From: the human T2T-CHM13v2.0 reference genome, Homo sapiens
Length of the DNA stretch: 64,000 bases
Direction: 5' to 3' (one strand)
Assembly (NCBI RefSeq): GCF_009914755.1
Contig: NC_060930.1
Position numbers and translations under genes: made by a program. Shown one piece after another: positions 46,223 through 59,184 of the stretch (position 1 is the stretch's first letter; each line of letters opens with the position of its first letter). The notes below the pieces were generated by a model, which saw only the letters and a program-made list of their open reading frames with translations, made no database searches and was not told the origin of the DNA.

Positions 46223-47577
46223 GAAAACACATGCCTCTTTGAAAGTCTAACATCCCCCACAGAGGATCATAGGTCTCAAATGTGGGTGATCTCAGCAGGG
46301 GCCCTCTTCCCCCTGGGCTTAGGGGAACAATGGATTTGTCCAGTTCCCTGTTCTGTCTTGGTTTCACCTTTGTTAACATGTCCAGTGTTTTGGTTCCATT
46401 TGGTTCTATTAGGAGTGTGTGGCAGGCCGCCCAAGGGAATGGATTTGGCAGTTATGCCAGTGATTTGGTTAAGAAGAACAACCAACTGGAATAATTTGAT
46501 TTGGTAAGCACATTTTCTTTTCTTTGGCAGGGCAGGTAGGATGCTAGGCAAGCCAAGGGATTATATTTTTATAAGCTTGTTTTTCATTGCAAGCTTGTTA
46601 TATATCCAAGAGAATTATTTCAACGTGCTGTTTCTTTAGTAGGATAATATCTTTCAAGGATTTCTTTCTACTATTAGTTAAAGAGTAATTTTAAATCAGC
46701 AAAATAGTTATTCCTAATAATAATAACTATTATTGGGTCTAATTACTTTATGTATATTATATAATAATAATAATAATACATTTTTGGAAAGAAAGAAACA
46801 GGAGATACAGGAGATATTGAAAGTGAGGAAAGGGAATCAAGTAATATCCAGAATCTTCCTTAAGAAAGGATAGTTAAATATTGCTTATTACCTGAAAACT
46901 ACATGTCACCTGGGAGCAACAGACCCAAAGGAAGTGAGAATAGGCCGGGATGAGGCAGAAAGAAGTAATGTTAAGCAAGAAAGAAACCTTATGTGATTTT
47001 TGGGGGAACGAAGATAATTATAGTGGGGAGAGGTGGAGAGAGGGCAGGCCTGTTTATCTCAGCACGGAACTTGTTAAAAAACACTTTTATTTTTAAACTC
47101 AAATTTTACTTTAAAATAAAGTATCATTTTCTTGAATGGAGTTCTGTATATTTAGAAGTTTACTTTGGATCCTCAGATATGTCTACAAACTTATACAGCT
47201 ATCCCTCTGGGTAGAATGTGCTTAGGAGCATAGGAAAAACCAGTTTGCCTTCTCTGTGGTTATACCCTGTAGATTTTTTTTTTTGAGGATATAAAAACTT
47301 TTTTTCAATATTCATGGTATGAAACTAGAAATGATTATTAATTTAAAACATAAAATATTTCCAGGTTTCATTTGACAATATTTATTTAGTTTGAAATATT
47401 AAAAAATAAAACGCAAGAAATTTTATAGGAAAGAAACCATCACTTCAAGTGGCAAATTCACCCTTTAGGAATAGTTTGCCTTTAGTTTATAACTATTCAA
47501 TGCTAATTGCAACAGGAAGATCATCACCAACCTAAATGGTCCCTTAAAATTTACAAAGTGTTCATGTCCAGAATCTT

Positions 47578-48266
47578 TTCTTTTTCCTGTCCTAAATTGT
47601 TTATTAGGTATGAATTGTACAAACTTTACTTGTATTCGCGGTAACGGCGGAGCTAGGGAGTAGCTGCCCAGCGAGAACCACCAGTAGTGTGGTGGAGCTT
47701 ATGGCCCTTCCAAAGCCCCGGCTCTTTCAGCCTGCAGATGTCAGCCTGCGCATCTCCCTGTGCTTGTGGACTGGTTTTTGGTGATCCGTCGGGTGTCAGG
47801 ATTTCTTCTCATAGCTTTATGGAATGGATCGATGAGGATAACCTCAAAAAATTTGTATGTGGAACCTTCACCAGCCCAGTAAGAATTGAGGATTCTTAGA
47901 GCCCCAAAGTGGCGTCCAGCTCGCTCCTCTACAAAGGACTGAAGGCTTCGAGCAAAGTTTAGCTGGTTAACACCATGATGGACAGGCTTGCCGTAAGTTA
48001 CACCCTTCGGAACTGGACGTTTTCAGCCACCACGGCGAACACGAATCCTACAATCTTGCTTGGCCTTGTAGCCCAGTCGGCGTGCTTTTATCAGGGCAGG
48101 TGGGGTGGGGAGCCCTGTGGAAAGCAGACAGCTGGTGGTACTCAGCTGAGCAGCGGACGCTCAGAAGAAAGTGCATGACATCAGACAGTTTCTTTCTCCA
48201 TAGCTCCCGGATGTACTTGTATGCACCCACCTTGGCTTACCTGATGGTTGCCACCAGATGGAAAGG
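47578..48266 (-). pseudogene. Processed pseudogene of ribosomal protein L15 (possibly the locus named RPL15P9; number not certain)
   Basis: Intronless, MGAYKYI(R)ELWRKK... to ...RYR-like end. Starts at the 5' TOP CCTTTCC; AATAAA at 47605-47600; A-rich remnant; 15-bp TSD CATGTCCAGAATCTT at 47563-47577 and 48267-48281. ATG>GTG, frameshift, deletions, internal TGA, stop TAA>GAA. Confidence 0.96.
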
Positions 48267-49299
48267 CATGTCCAGAATCTTAATTAATATTTCAAATAGC
48301 TCTTTTTGAAATTGGCAGGGCAGGTAGTATTATTATTCTCATTTTTTCAAATGTGGAAACCACAACAGAAAGAAGTCAAATGACTTGACTACAGTCATCC
48401 CACTTTCCATAGAGAAACTAGGACTTCAGTAAAGGCATTCTGATTCCAAATCCTTTTTTCACCATATCATGCTACTTCCTTAACTACCTGTATTTACAAA
48501 CAGCTGCAGAAGCCCCCGAAATAATTCATTTTGGATGCAGTCCATTTAGGATTCATGGATCCTGGGCACAACCTAACCATACTCTTTCCTTCTTTCCTGC
48601 TACCACTCCCCTTCTTTTCACCCACTCCTCAAACACAAATCTAACAAAATATCTGTAACCAAAGGAGGAACTTGTGTGAATAAATATATTTAGGAAACAG
48701 ATTTCCAAACACTCTGGAGCCTAATAAACAACGATTTTTAAATATGTTTTATGACTGCTCTGGGGTTCCACAGAAACAGATGGACACAGAAGTACTTAGG
48801 ATGTATTTGGCATGTGATAGGAAGTGATATCATGAGAAGAATGAAAAGGGATGTGAAACACTGAAAGCGTAAGGTAATACAAGTAACAACTTTCCCTGCT
48901 GTTGCTTCAAAAGGTCAAAAATATAGCTTCATGCTGTTCCCAGAAATGACCAAAGAATTAAGGAACGACTTATCATATGAAGTATCACACAATGTCTTGT
49001 TCTGCCAGGGGTCCGGGCCCCATATCTCAGACAAAGACATCTCAGCTTTTGAATACCCTTCAAAAGCTACCTATTCTCTGCTAGAAAACAGGACTCCAAA
49101 CCTGCAGAACTGGGCCCACTCTTCCTTTTTCAAGACTAGTACCCACCACCTTGAAGATGAGCTGAGACCTTAAAAAAAAAAAAAAAAAAAACACATGCCC
49201 ACCTCTGGATGTAGCTCCCTGTCCCCTGTCAGCCAGACCAATAAGTAGGGTCAAGTGACAACACAGCTGAGTTGTGTGAGCATTGGGCCTGCGAGGGGA

Positions 49300-50810
49300 G
49301 AAAAAGGACTTAGACCAAATGAGACACAGGATACAGTTCCCATATGCCAGAGTCTCTGGGGAGAAATTACGGAACTGGATTCTGGGTGTGCTGAATTAAG
49401 GGGAATTGAATATCATAGACAATATTCAATACAATAAAGAATTTATCAATATGGCAGCCCTCTTCCTTAACACAGGATTTAACACTGGCAGGATCCACTG
49501 AAGATGATGCTAATGCATTGCTAGGCTGGCTTTGAAAACTTTGGGAAAATGATGGCTCACGCTCACTTTATTTGAAATTCCACAACTCCACGGTACAAAG
49601 TTGAGCAAGGGGATCAAGAGGCTCATGGTAGCAGGCAGGCTGCAGTGGCAGGATATACAATGTAAGGCCAAAAAGTTCACCAACTGGCTATATTCTGTGG
49701 GAATGCCAAGGAAGCAGTTTGCCAGACCCATAAGGAATATACTAGTGAGAGGATGCCAGCCAGAGTTGTGGAGTTCAGTGATGTTCTTCACTGGAGTTCA
49801 GGGCTGAGGATAGGAGAAGCTTTACAGAACTGGGATCCCAGAAAGCTGTTGTAATAATGGAAGCCAGGTGGTGGCACTGAAGCTTCAGAAGCCAGGTGGG
49901 TGCAATTATGATAATGACCCACACTGTGGAATGGCAATCTTAAGAGCCTGAGCCACCAAGAGCTATGAATATGGTTAACAGTGCATGGTATTCCCAGGGC
50001 AAGATAAGTGGGCAGACAATAAGGGTATCATTCCATCTAAACTACAAAAGAAATCAAGAATGGATAATCAGGAGGTTGAATACAGAAATTAAAATGTCAC
50101 TGTCTCCAGTTTAGATTCCAGACCTAAGCCAATTTTCAGACCCAAAATTCATTGACTAATGGAGTGGCTTGGTCCCCATAAGGATGGATCACTATAACAC
50201 CACAGCAAGTGGATATATTAATGATTCTTCCTCGTTCCTTCTCAAAGGGATCTACAGCCATTTACACAGGCAACTATATTCTGAAGAAATGGATATACCT
50301 TGACATTTTGAGAACTGTTGAACCTAAAGTCTTCCTTGATATTGACAGCCAAAGACTTGAAGCCCCATCATGGCCACTCTAGCAGAGTAGGGGTATATGG
50401 GAGGCCAAGCAATGGTGGAATCCTGGCTCGTGTCCAACTCACCTGGAGCCCATGGATTGACAAAGTGTCCAGTTCCCCAGTCTCTGAATGCATGATAGGA
50501 GTGGACATACTTGGTAGTTGTCAGAATACTCATTTGGAGTTTTTCACCTGTGCAGTAAAAGCTATCATACAGTGGGAAGCCCAGGTGGAAGTCTCTGAAA
50601 CTGCCTCCACCGCAATATAGTACACCTAAAGCAATTTCACACACCAAGGGAATTGCAGAAGTTAGTGCCACCCTTAAAGATCCAAAGGATGCCTGGGTGG
50701 TAGCCCCTTTTATGTTCTTTAATTTACTGGCAAATGAAACGCATGGCCCCTACATAAACCAGACAGACCTTGGCAGACAGTAGCCCCAATTGCAGCAGGG
50801 ATTTTTATGT
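49300..50810 (+). mobile_element. Degraded ERVL-class (HERV16/HERVL-like) internal gag-pro remnant
   Basis: ORF 50318-50620 (RVGVYG...GILARVQLT...SPVSECMIGVDILGSCQNTH...CAVKAI) resembles the ERVL protease region; ORF 49601 (KGIKRL...GRLQW) resembles ERVL gag. Confidence 0.75.
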
Positions 50811-50836
50811 GGAAGTGGGTAGTAGTAGCTTCATGT

Positions 50837-51212
50837 GTGTGTTAGTCCATTCTTGCACTGCCAATAAAGACATACCTGAGGCTGCGATAATTTATACAGG
50901 AAAGAGGTTTAATTGACTCACAGTTCAGCATGGCTGGGGAGGCCTCAGGAAACTTACAATCATGGTGGAAGGGGAAGCAAACACGTCTTTCTTCACATGG
51001 CAGCGGGAAGGAGAAGTGCTGAGCAAAGGGGGAAAAGCCCCTTATAAAACCATCAGATCTTGTGAGAACTCACTATCATGACAGCAGCAGTATGGGAGTA
51101 TCTGCCCCCACAATTCAATCACCTCCCACTGGGTCCCTTCCACAACACATGGGGGTTATGGGAACTATAATTCAAGATGAGATTTGGATGGGGACACAGC
51201 CAAACCATATCA
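50837..51212 (-). mobile_element. THE1-family solo LTR
   Basis: tgtgttagtccattcttgcactg...gggacacagccaaaccatatca. Confidence 0.9.
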
Positions 51213-51412
51213 ATGTGCCTTGAAGAGAGTTGAGAAAGATCAGCACAGCTATAGTCAAAAAAGAGAAACTGAAGAGACCAGAAATATCTTCAAATACAGT
51301 TGAATGGTATTAAAGATCCAGCTAAGTTGAAGGCCATGGGATTCTGATGACATCCATTCTCGGAGTATGTGAGTTTTCATGCTTAGGAGCCTAGATAGAG
51401 GGTCTGGGCTGC

Positions 51413-51909
51413 TATATTAGTTTTCTAGGGCTGTGATAGCAAAGTACCAAAAACTGGGTATCTTAAAATGATAGATGTTTATTCTGTCACTGTTTTGGGT
51501 GCTGGAAGTTCAAAATGAAGCTGTCAGAAGGGCCATGCTCTCTCTGGAGGCTCTAGGGGAGAATTCTTTCCTGCTAGTTCCTAGCTTCTGGTGGCTCCCA
51601 GCAATCCTGGGTGTGGCTTGGCTTGCAGCTGCATAGTCCCAACCTCCATCTACACTTGGAGTTCTTCCTCTGTGTCTTCATATCATTTTCCCTCTGTGCA
51701 TGTCCGACTTGTGTCTGTGTCCAAATTTCCCTTCTTTTATAAGGACAGCAGTCACTGGATTAGAGCCCACCCTAACACAGCATGACTTCATTAACTTAAC
51801 TAATCCCATCTGTAAAGATTCAATTTCCAAATAAGGTCCTATTCAAATGTACTTGGGGTTAGGATTTCAACACATCTTTTTGGGGGACACAATTTAAACC
51901 ATAACTACT
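51413..51909 (-). mobile_element. MLT1-family LTR
   Basis: tatattagttttctagggctgtg...gggggacacaatttaaaccataac. Confidence 0.82.
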
Positions 51910-51939
51910 GCATAGGTCATGAGGTTAAGACATGATGGA

Positions 51940-52062
51940 GCCCGGCATGGCAGTGAATGCCTGTCCCAGCTACATGGGAGGCTGAGGCAGAAGGATCAGT
52001 TGAGCCAGGAGTTTGAGGCCAGCCTGGGCAACATAGGGAGATCCCTGTCTCTTAAAAAAAAA
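51940..52062 (+). mobile_element. FLAM_A-like monomer
   Basis: TSD agacatgatgga. Confidence 0.85.
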
Positions 52063-53586
52063 GAGACATGATGGATGTTGGATGTGATAGACTGGGATAA
52101 AAGAAAAGAATTCAAGATCATGTTAAAGAACAGGAGTAGTGGAAATGCAGGTTGGCTGAAAGAATAAGTGGCTCTGGTCAGAAACTAGAGTATTGAAGTT
52201 TATATTTTCAGAGGGTAGGCAGTTCCAGGTGGATATTAGATCCAGAGTGGAGCCGTGACCTGCTGAGAAGAGTGAGCAGAAAGATTCTCAGATTTAGCAG
52301 GTAAAGGAACATCATGACCATGAACATTAGCATTGCCCATGATCATGGTAGGAGTTAGAGTATGAAGAAATTCTGTGGGCAAGATATAAGTGATATCTGT
52401 TAATAATCGGAAGTGATCAGAAGAACACAAGAGAATAATCAGGAAAGAAGGAAAGGACGATATAACCCAAGGATTTCAGGAGTATGAAAAAGGAATAGTC
52501 AACAAAGCTCTTAACAGCTTGGTCTACATCCATTTTAATGTCACATATCAGGCTTTCACCTAACGGTTTCAACAGTCACAGATGATCATTGCCCAGAACT
52601 GTTATTGCATTAGGGGTTGTAAACAGATGGTATTCCAATTCTATCACTCTTTTGTTATTTATTAGCTGAATTTTGATACAAAGAATAATAGTCTCTCATC
52701 AATTATTTGGTTATCCTGAGGTACTATTCAAATAGGAAGAATAAGATAAATGCTTTATTTATTCCATTTATGTATCAATTCTCAGAATAATGAGTTTGTT
52801 TCTTACCATATTCCAAAGGTGATAAATCAAAAAGATAAAAATTATTTTTGTTAATTTATGTATTTAAGGTGATCCAAATCAAAATACTAACATGATATTT
52901 TAATTATGTCAGTTTATTCTAAGTTCATAAGGAAAAACGAAAAGGTAAAACTTGCTAGAAACACTTCGGGAAAAGAATTATAATGAAGGAAGAGTAGATG
53001 TAGCATACATTAAATATGTTACAAGGCTGTAATAATTAAACAATGTGGTTCAGTTATGTAAATATGTCAGTAGAGAACCTCAAAATAGTCTTCAGCACAA
53101 ATACAATTCAGTACATGATAAAAGAAATATATAATATTTTCCAAAGATGCTTGCAATTTTCTTTGTATGATCTGATTTTGACACTTCTCACTCCTACAAG
53201 TTAACTTTGTGTTTCATTTTCTTGACTTTGCATGGGCTTTGTGACAAATGTGGAGGTGACACTATGTGACTTTAGAGGCTAGGTCTAAATGTGGTACCTA
53301 TCACTTGACTCTTGGGAGGAAATGAACCCAGGCACCATGTTTTGAGGAAGCCCAAGCAGACACATAGAGAGACCACAAATAAGCATTGTGGCTGATAGCC
53401 CCAGCTCAGGTCTTAGGTAATAGCCTGTATCAACCAATGAGTGAGAAAGTCTTCAGATAATTCCATCCCCATCACCCCAGCCCTCAAGTATTCCCAGCTG
53501 AGGACTCCAGATATCGTGGAGTAGAGACAGCCTTACCTGCTGTGACACTTCTAAATTCCTGACCCACAGAACTTGTGAGCATAATA

Positions 53587-53899
53587 CAATCATGTGCTGC
53601 TTAATGATGGGGATATTCAGAGAAATGGGTCTTTAGGTGATTTCATTGTTGTGCGAACATCATAGAGTGTACTTACACAAATCTAGATGGCACAACCTAT
53701 TACACACCTAGGTGTGTACAAACCTATACAGCATGTTAGTGTACAGAATACTGTAGGCAACTGTAACATAATGGCAAATATTTGAGTATCCAAACTTAGA
53801 AAATGTACAGTGAAAACAGGGCATTATAATCTTCTAGGACAACTGTTGGATATGTGGTCCATCATCCACCAAAACACCATTATGTGGCATGCGACTATC
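53587..53899. mobile_element. Tigger3a/MER7-like DNA transposon inside an old MLT1 LTR (~53140-53965)
   Basis: caatcatgtgctgcttaatga...cattatgtggcatgcgact TIRs; gcgaacatcatagagtgtacttacacaaa core. Confidence 0.82.
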
Positions 53900-56887
53900 T
53901 AATGGTTTTTCAGTTATGCCACTAATTTTGGGGTGGTTTGTTATGCAGCTGTGATGACTGGAACAGGTAGGAAAAAGATATTCAACAGATGGTTTTAGAA
54001 AAAATAGGTAGCTGTTTGTAAAATAAAACCCATATCTAGAATTAAAAATGACAAACAACTTAGAAGAAAGAATTTTAAGTATGACATAAAAACCTGAAAC
54101 CAGAAAAGATCAATAAATGTGACTACATAAAAACAAAATATTGCATAGAAAAAATAAACACTTAGGAGCAAAAGTCATGAGTAAAATCAAAAGGCCTTGA
54201 CTGTATGATGAGTCAATAAGTAAAAGCCCAGGAGCCTGGTAGAAAAATGAACAAACAAAAAGGAATGGCCAATTCCCAGAAGGGGGCAGAGCAAATCATT
54301 ACATAAAGAATGTCAATCTTATTATCTGAGAAATACAAATAGACCCTTCAATGAGGTACCCTCTTTTCATCCATCAGATTGCAAAAATAAAACTTGAGCA
54401 GTATAACCATAGATTTAAAAGCACGAACCCTAAATTAAAAGCCTGCCTGCGTGACTAGTTGTGTCACCTTGGGCAAATGTATTAATCTCTATTTGCCTCA
54501 GTTTCCTCATCTATAAAGTGGTAATGAAATAATAGTACTTATCTCTTAGAGTTCTGTGAGGATTAAGTGACTTAATGTATATAAATCATTTAGAATAGCG
54601 CCTAGAAAGTAGTAGATACCAACATGTGGCTGCTATTATTGTCATCACTATATATTGAGAAGTTGTGGGGGTGGGACAGGATCTGTCATGCATTGCTTGT
54701 GGGAGAGTAAATCCATTCACCCTACGTAGAGGACTATTTGCAAGGATCTTTAGAGACTTAAAAAAGTGACCCAGCATTTTCACTTGTAAGTGTGAATCCT
54801 ACAGATGTAGTCACACTGGGAAATACGGTATGTGCAAAGATATTCTCTGTAACATTCTTAGGAGTTACAAGATTGGAAACAACCTCATATCCAACTCTAT
54901 ACAAAGGGCATTGGTTTAAAATGTAGTTCATTGGTAAAATGGACTGTAACGAAAGGACTGGAAACCTTTTAGGTTTCTCATGAAAAGAGATGGTGATCCC
55001 TGCCTCAGGCAGAGGACTGATGGAGGCACAGCTCTCTAGGTGGTTCTGTTTTGTCAGCCCAAGTGAAGTAGTCCCAAGTGGAGACAATCTGCAATCACAT
55101 AGCTCAGTGCCTAGCATATTTTAAATGTCCAATAAGTGGCAGCTGGTATGATCTTATTATTTATCATTATTTATTTTCTTGACATAATAGAGTCGCATGG
55201 CAACAAGGCTCTCTATGAGGCACCTGTGATTGTTTTTTTCAATGCCCGCTTGAATCATGATTAGCTTGAAGCCCAAATTTGCTCCGCAAAAGCAACTCCA
55301 CCTCTCGCAGGGGCTGCCAGACTGGGCTGTCATCAGCAGCTGTTTCCCAGTGGGCCCTAGTCACAGCTTACTGCCAAAGAGCATACTTGAGTGAATCCTT
55401 AAAGTCCTTTTTGTCTCTGTGATTATTTCACTGTGTTTATAATACAGCAACTGCTGGAGAGCTGAGCTGCCCATTCATCTCTTGTGGCAGCCTTAACTCT
55501 GAGCTGAGGAGCTTACTGCTTCCTTGTGGACAGACTGATAACAGCCTCACATTGTGACCTACAGAGTTTCCATCCCCGTTTTCAAAGATACATAATAATT
55601 TACTAAAATAAAAACTTGCTGCCTTTTACAGTTTGTGATTCACAAGATTCAAATATCTCTATTCTGAAGAAAGTGTAAAAATAATCAAAATGCATCTTTA
55701 TATTTCACTTTTTCCATTTGCACAGAACTTATTCCTATGAAATGTCTACACAAGTTCAACTTTTTATGTTTGAGGAGAAAAAACAAAAGACATTCATTTC
55801 CCTATTACAGCCCTCAATAGAATACTTGCTACTTACAGTATCTCAGAACTGAAGTTAAATCAAAACAAAAAATATCTTTACTGATTTCCTTCCTCAAAAT
55901 CATTCTGTGTCTTGCTTTCTTTTCCAATCTCCTTTCAAATGTATAACTTTTAAAATTTGCTGCAACTTCCACTGTTTCAAAATATATATTTGAATTTATT
56001 TTCAAATGTATATGACTTAATTTACTGCTTCTCTCCCTAATTTTCAAATGCAAATACCCAAATCACTTTTCAAGTGTATATTTTCATTTATTAGCCCTTT
56101 GAAGTTGGTTTACTTATGAGTTCAAATGCCTTCCTCCTCTCTGATTTATAAAACTGTATCTGGCAGTGTTGAGGGACCTTGAATTATTCTCATCTATAAA
56201 AGGGAACCCATAAAATTGGTGGCTTAAGAACTGATGTATGAATAGTCTTCAGTTGGTGACTCATGGCCAATCTGTCTCATTTCCTCCTATATACACATTT
56301 TACACGACCACCAAAATTCATGTTTCAAAATTATCTAGGTCTGTGGTCTTATTTCCACTTCCTTTAGTTCTAAGCCCTACTTTTCACTCAAATCTTGGTT
56401 CAAGCATCACTTTCTCAGGGAACACTTCTTTGACCACATCCTACTCCTGCTACAGATTGGTTCAGCTACATACATCCAGTTATATGTTCTCCTTGCCCCT
56501 GGTCCTTTTTCACCAGAGTATTTATTACAACTTTTACAATTATAATTCTCTGCACTTCATTTGATTCATATCTATGTCTCTTCACTAGACTAAACTTGAG
56601 GAGCCTGATGTTCTCTTACTCTTGGGTACTGTGCCTAGAATAATGCTTGCCTCATTGTAAGAACTCTGTTAAATATTTGGTGAATAAATGAATTTTCTTA
56701 AAAAATCAATGAACAAAGAGGTGAAAAATAAATGAATGGCTAAAGTTCCCAGCACCATGGTTACCACATGGTGGCACTTAATAAAATGATAGCTATCATT
56801 ATTGTTAGTTCCCATTCCTGATCAGATCAATTTGTTGAGTGTTCCAGTTTGTGGAAGATGTGATTATGCTTTCAGAAACTGGAAGTC

Positions 56888-57141
56888 GGCCGGGCACAGT
56901 GGCTCATGCCTGTAATCCTGGCACTTTGGGAGGCCAAGGCAGGTGGATGACCTGAGGTCAGGAGTTTGAGACCAGCCTGGCCAACCTAGTGAAACCCTGT
57001 CTTTACTAAAAATACAAAAATTAGCTGAGCATGGTGGCACATGCCTATAATCCCAGCTACTCAGGAGGCTGAGGCAGGAGAATTGCTTGAACCCAGGAGA
57101 CAGAGGTTGCAGTGAGTGGAGATTGCGCCACTGCACTCCAG
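56888..57141 (+). mobile_element. Alu (S-like) lacking its 3' end and tail
   Basis: Stops at ...ccactgcactccag and abuts the tandem repeat. Confidence 0.93.
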
Positions 57142-57608
57142 TACATATATACGTATATATACACATATATATGTACACATATACATATATATACACATAT
57201 ATATGTACACATATATACGTATATATACACATATATATGTACACATATATACGTATATATACACATATATATGTACACATATATACGTATATATACACAT
57301 ATATATGTACACATATATACGTATATATACACATATATATGTACACATATATACGTATATATACACATATATATGTACACATATATACACATATAGGTAC
57401 ACATATATATGTACACATACACATACACATATATGTACACACATATATGTACACATACACATATATGGACACATATATGTACACATACACATATATGGAC
57501 ACACATATATGTACATGTACACATATATATGTACATGTACATATATATGTGTACATGTACATATATATGTGTACATGTACACATATATGTATTTATACGT
57601 ATATATAT
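57142..57608. repeat. TA/CA-rich minisatellite; ~7 copies of a 34-bp unit TACACATATATACGTATATATACACATATATATG, then degenerate variants
   Basis: Direct reading; explains the YIYVHI-type ORFs in all frames. Confidence 0.95.
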
Positions 57609-57745
57609 TTTTTTGCCTTGATTTTCTAAATCGATTTACTAAAAGAGTTAATTTTTAATGTTCATTTTTTTCCTAGTCAGGAAATACATTACCAATAGTA
57701 AACAAAGTTATTGAAACATTTTTCAATCTTCAAATTTCATTTTAA

Positions 57746-58093
<348 letters not shown>

Positions 58094-59104
58094 GCAGTTT
58101 AAACACTTTCTAAAGAAAAAGTATGAGAATCCAAATAATATGGGAGATTTCTTTATATTTAATGTTTTTATGCTATAATAAAGTCAATCTTAATATTTGA
58201 TCCTCAGTTTGTTGATAGCAAGTTCTCAGAATTACTTGATTTTAGATCTACATGGAAAATTTGCAACTTGTACGTAATTACCATTCCATTCATCTTACAT
58301 TAATTTCTTAAAATGATTTTACTTATAGTTCAGAGGCAATGAAGATATTTTTGGAGGCTGTTTTCTCCCATTGGAATAATTTTGTACATAGAATATTTAC
58401 ACATAGTATTATTCCTGTAAATCTTTCTCCTGGAACCAAGTATCACAACTCATCCTGTCTTTAATTGGCTTGCCAAACTTTCTAGTAATCTTATTTATCT
58501 TTTTCTGACTTGTAGAAAAGAATTTTCCAAGATACGGGTGGGCGAAGCACTAACTTAATCACCTCATTCATTCAGTGCCTAGATGTCAGCTGAACATTTC
58601 TGGCCTCTCTCTGTCCAGCTGTGATGAGCTTCAGTGCATTCGAGTGCTTGCACTGCAGGTCTTGGAAGAAGCAACACTGTCATGCCTATGAATCTGTGTA
58701 TGTGGCTTCTTCATCCTGAAATATTATCTTCTCTCTTATTCTTTGCCTAAATCTTGGGGGGTCCTTCAAGATTCGCTCAGGCATCACTTTCTTTAGGAAG
58801 TCTTCTATGACCCCAGTACTTTTTGTATGTAATAAAAGAAACCAACTAAAATTAGATCATGACAAAAAGGAGGGACATTGTTTTAAGAATAAAGAAATAT
58901 TTAAAACCCAAAGACAGTAGGTGAGGGAAAGTAGAGCCACGCAAGTGGGGGCTAGGGCCCGACAATCAGGTCACTTCATGTTCCCTCCTGTCTCCGTTTC
59001 TTTCCAAAAGCTCGCTCCGTGCTTGCCTTTCTGTGTATGGCAGATTCCTCTGCTGACTCACCTTGCGCACAGCACAGCATGGTCTCCCTAAGCCCCTTTT
59101 TCTA

Positions 59105-59184
59105 TTAGGTTGGCACAAAAGTAATCGCGGTTTTTGTCATTACTTTTAACTGTAAAAACCACGGTTGCTTTTGCGCCAGCCTAA
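59105..59184. mobile_element. MADE1 (Hsmar1-derived MITE)
   Basis: 80 bp, TTAGGTTGG...CCAGCCTAA terminal inverted repeats, TA duplications at 59103-59104 and 59185-59186. Confidence 0.95.
59115..59174 (+). ncRNA. MIR548H5: miR-548h hairpin precursor (MADE1-derived)
   Basis: AAAAGTAATCGCGGTTTTTGTC at 59117-59138 equals miR-548h-5p as I recall it; palindromic stem; position between ENPP3 and ENPP1 fits MIR548H5. Confidence 0.8.

Noticed and set aside
48048-48230. RPL15-like 60-aa ORF as a functional gene
   Set aside because: GTG in place of ATG, frameshift, deletions and a premature stop; processed pseudogene.
57142-57400. Regular 34-bp repeat that could be mistaken for a CRISPR array
   Set aside because: No unique spacers, low complexity, mammalian context, no cas genes.
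56864-57658. Seven overlapping 70-232 aa ORFs rich in Y/I/H/T/V/C/M
   Set aside because: Stop-free translations of the TA/CA minisatellite plus Alu; not genes.
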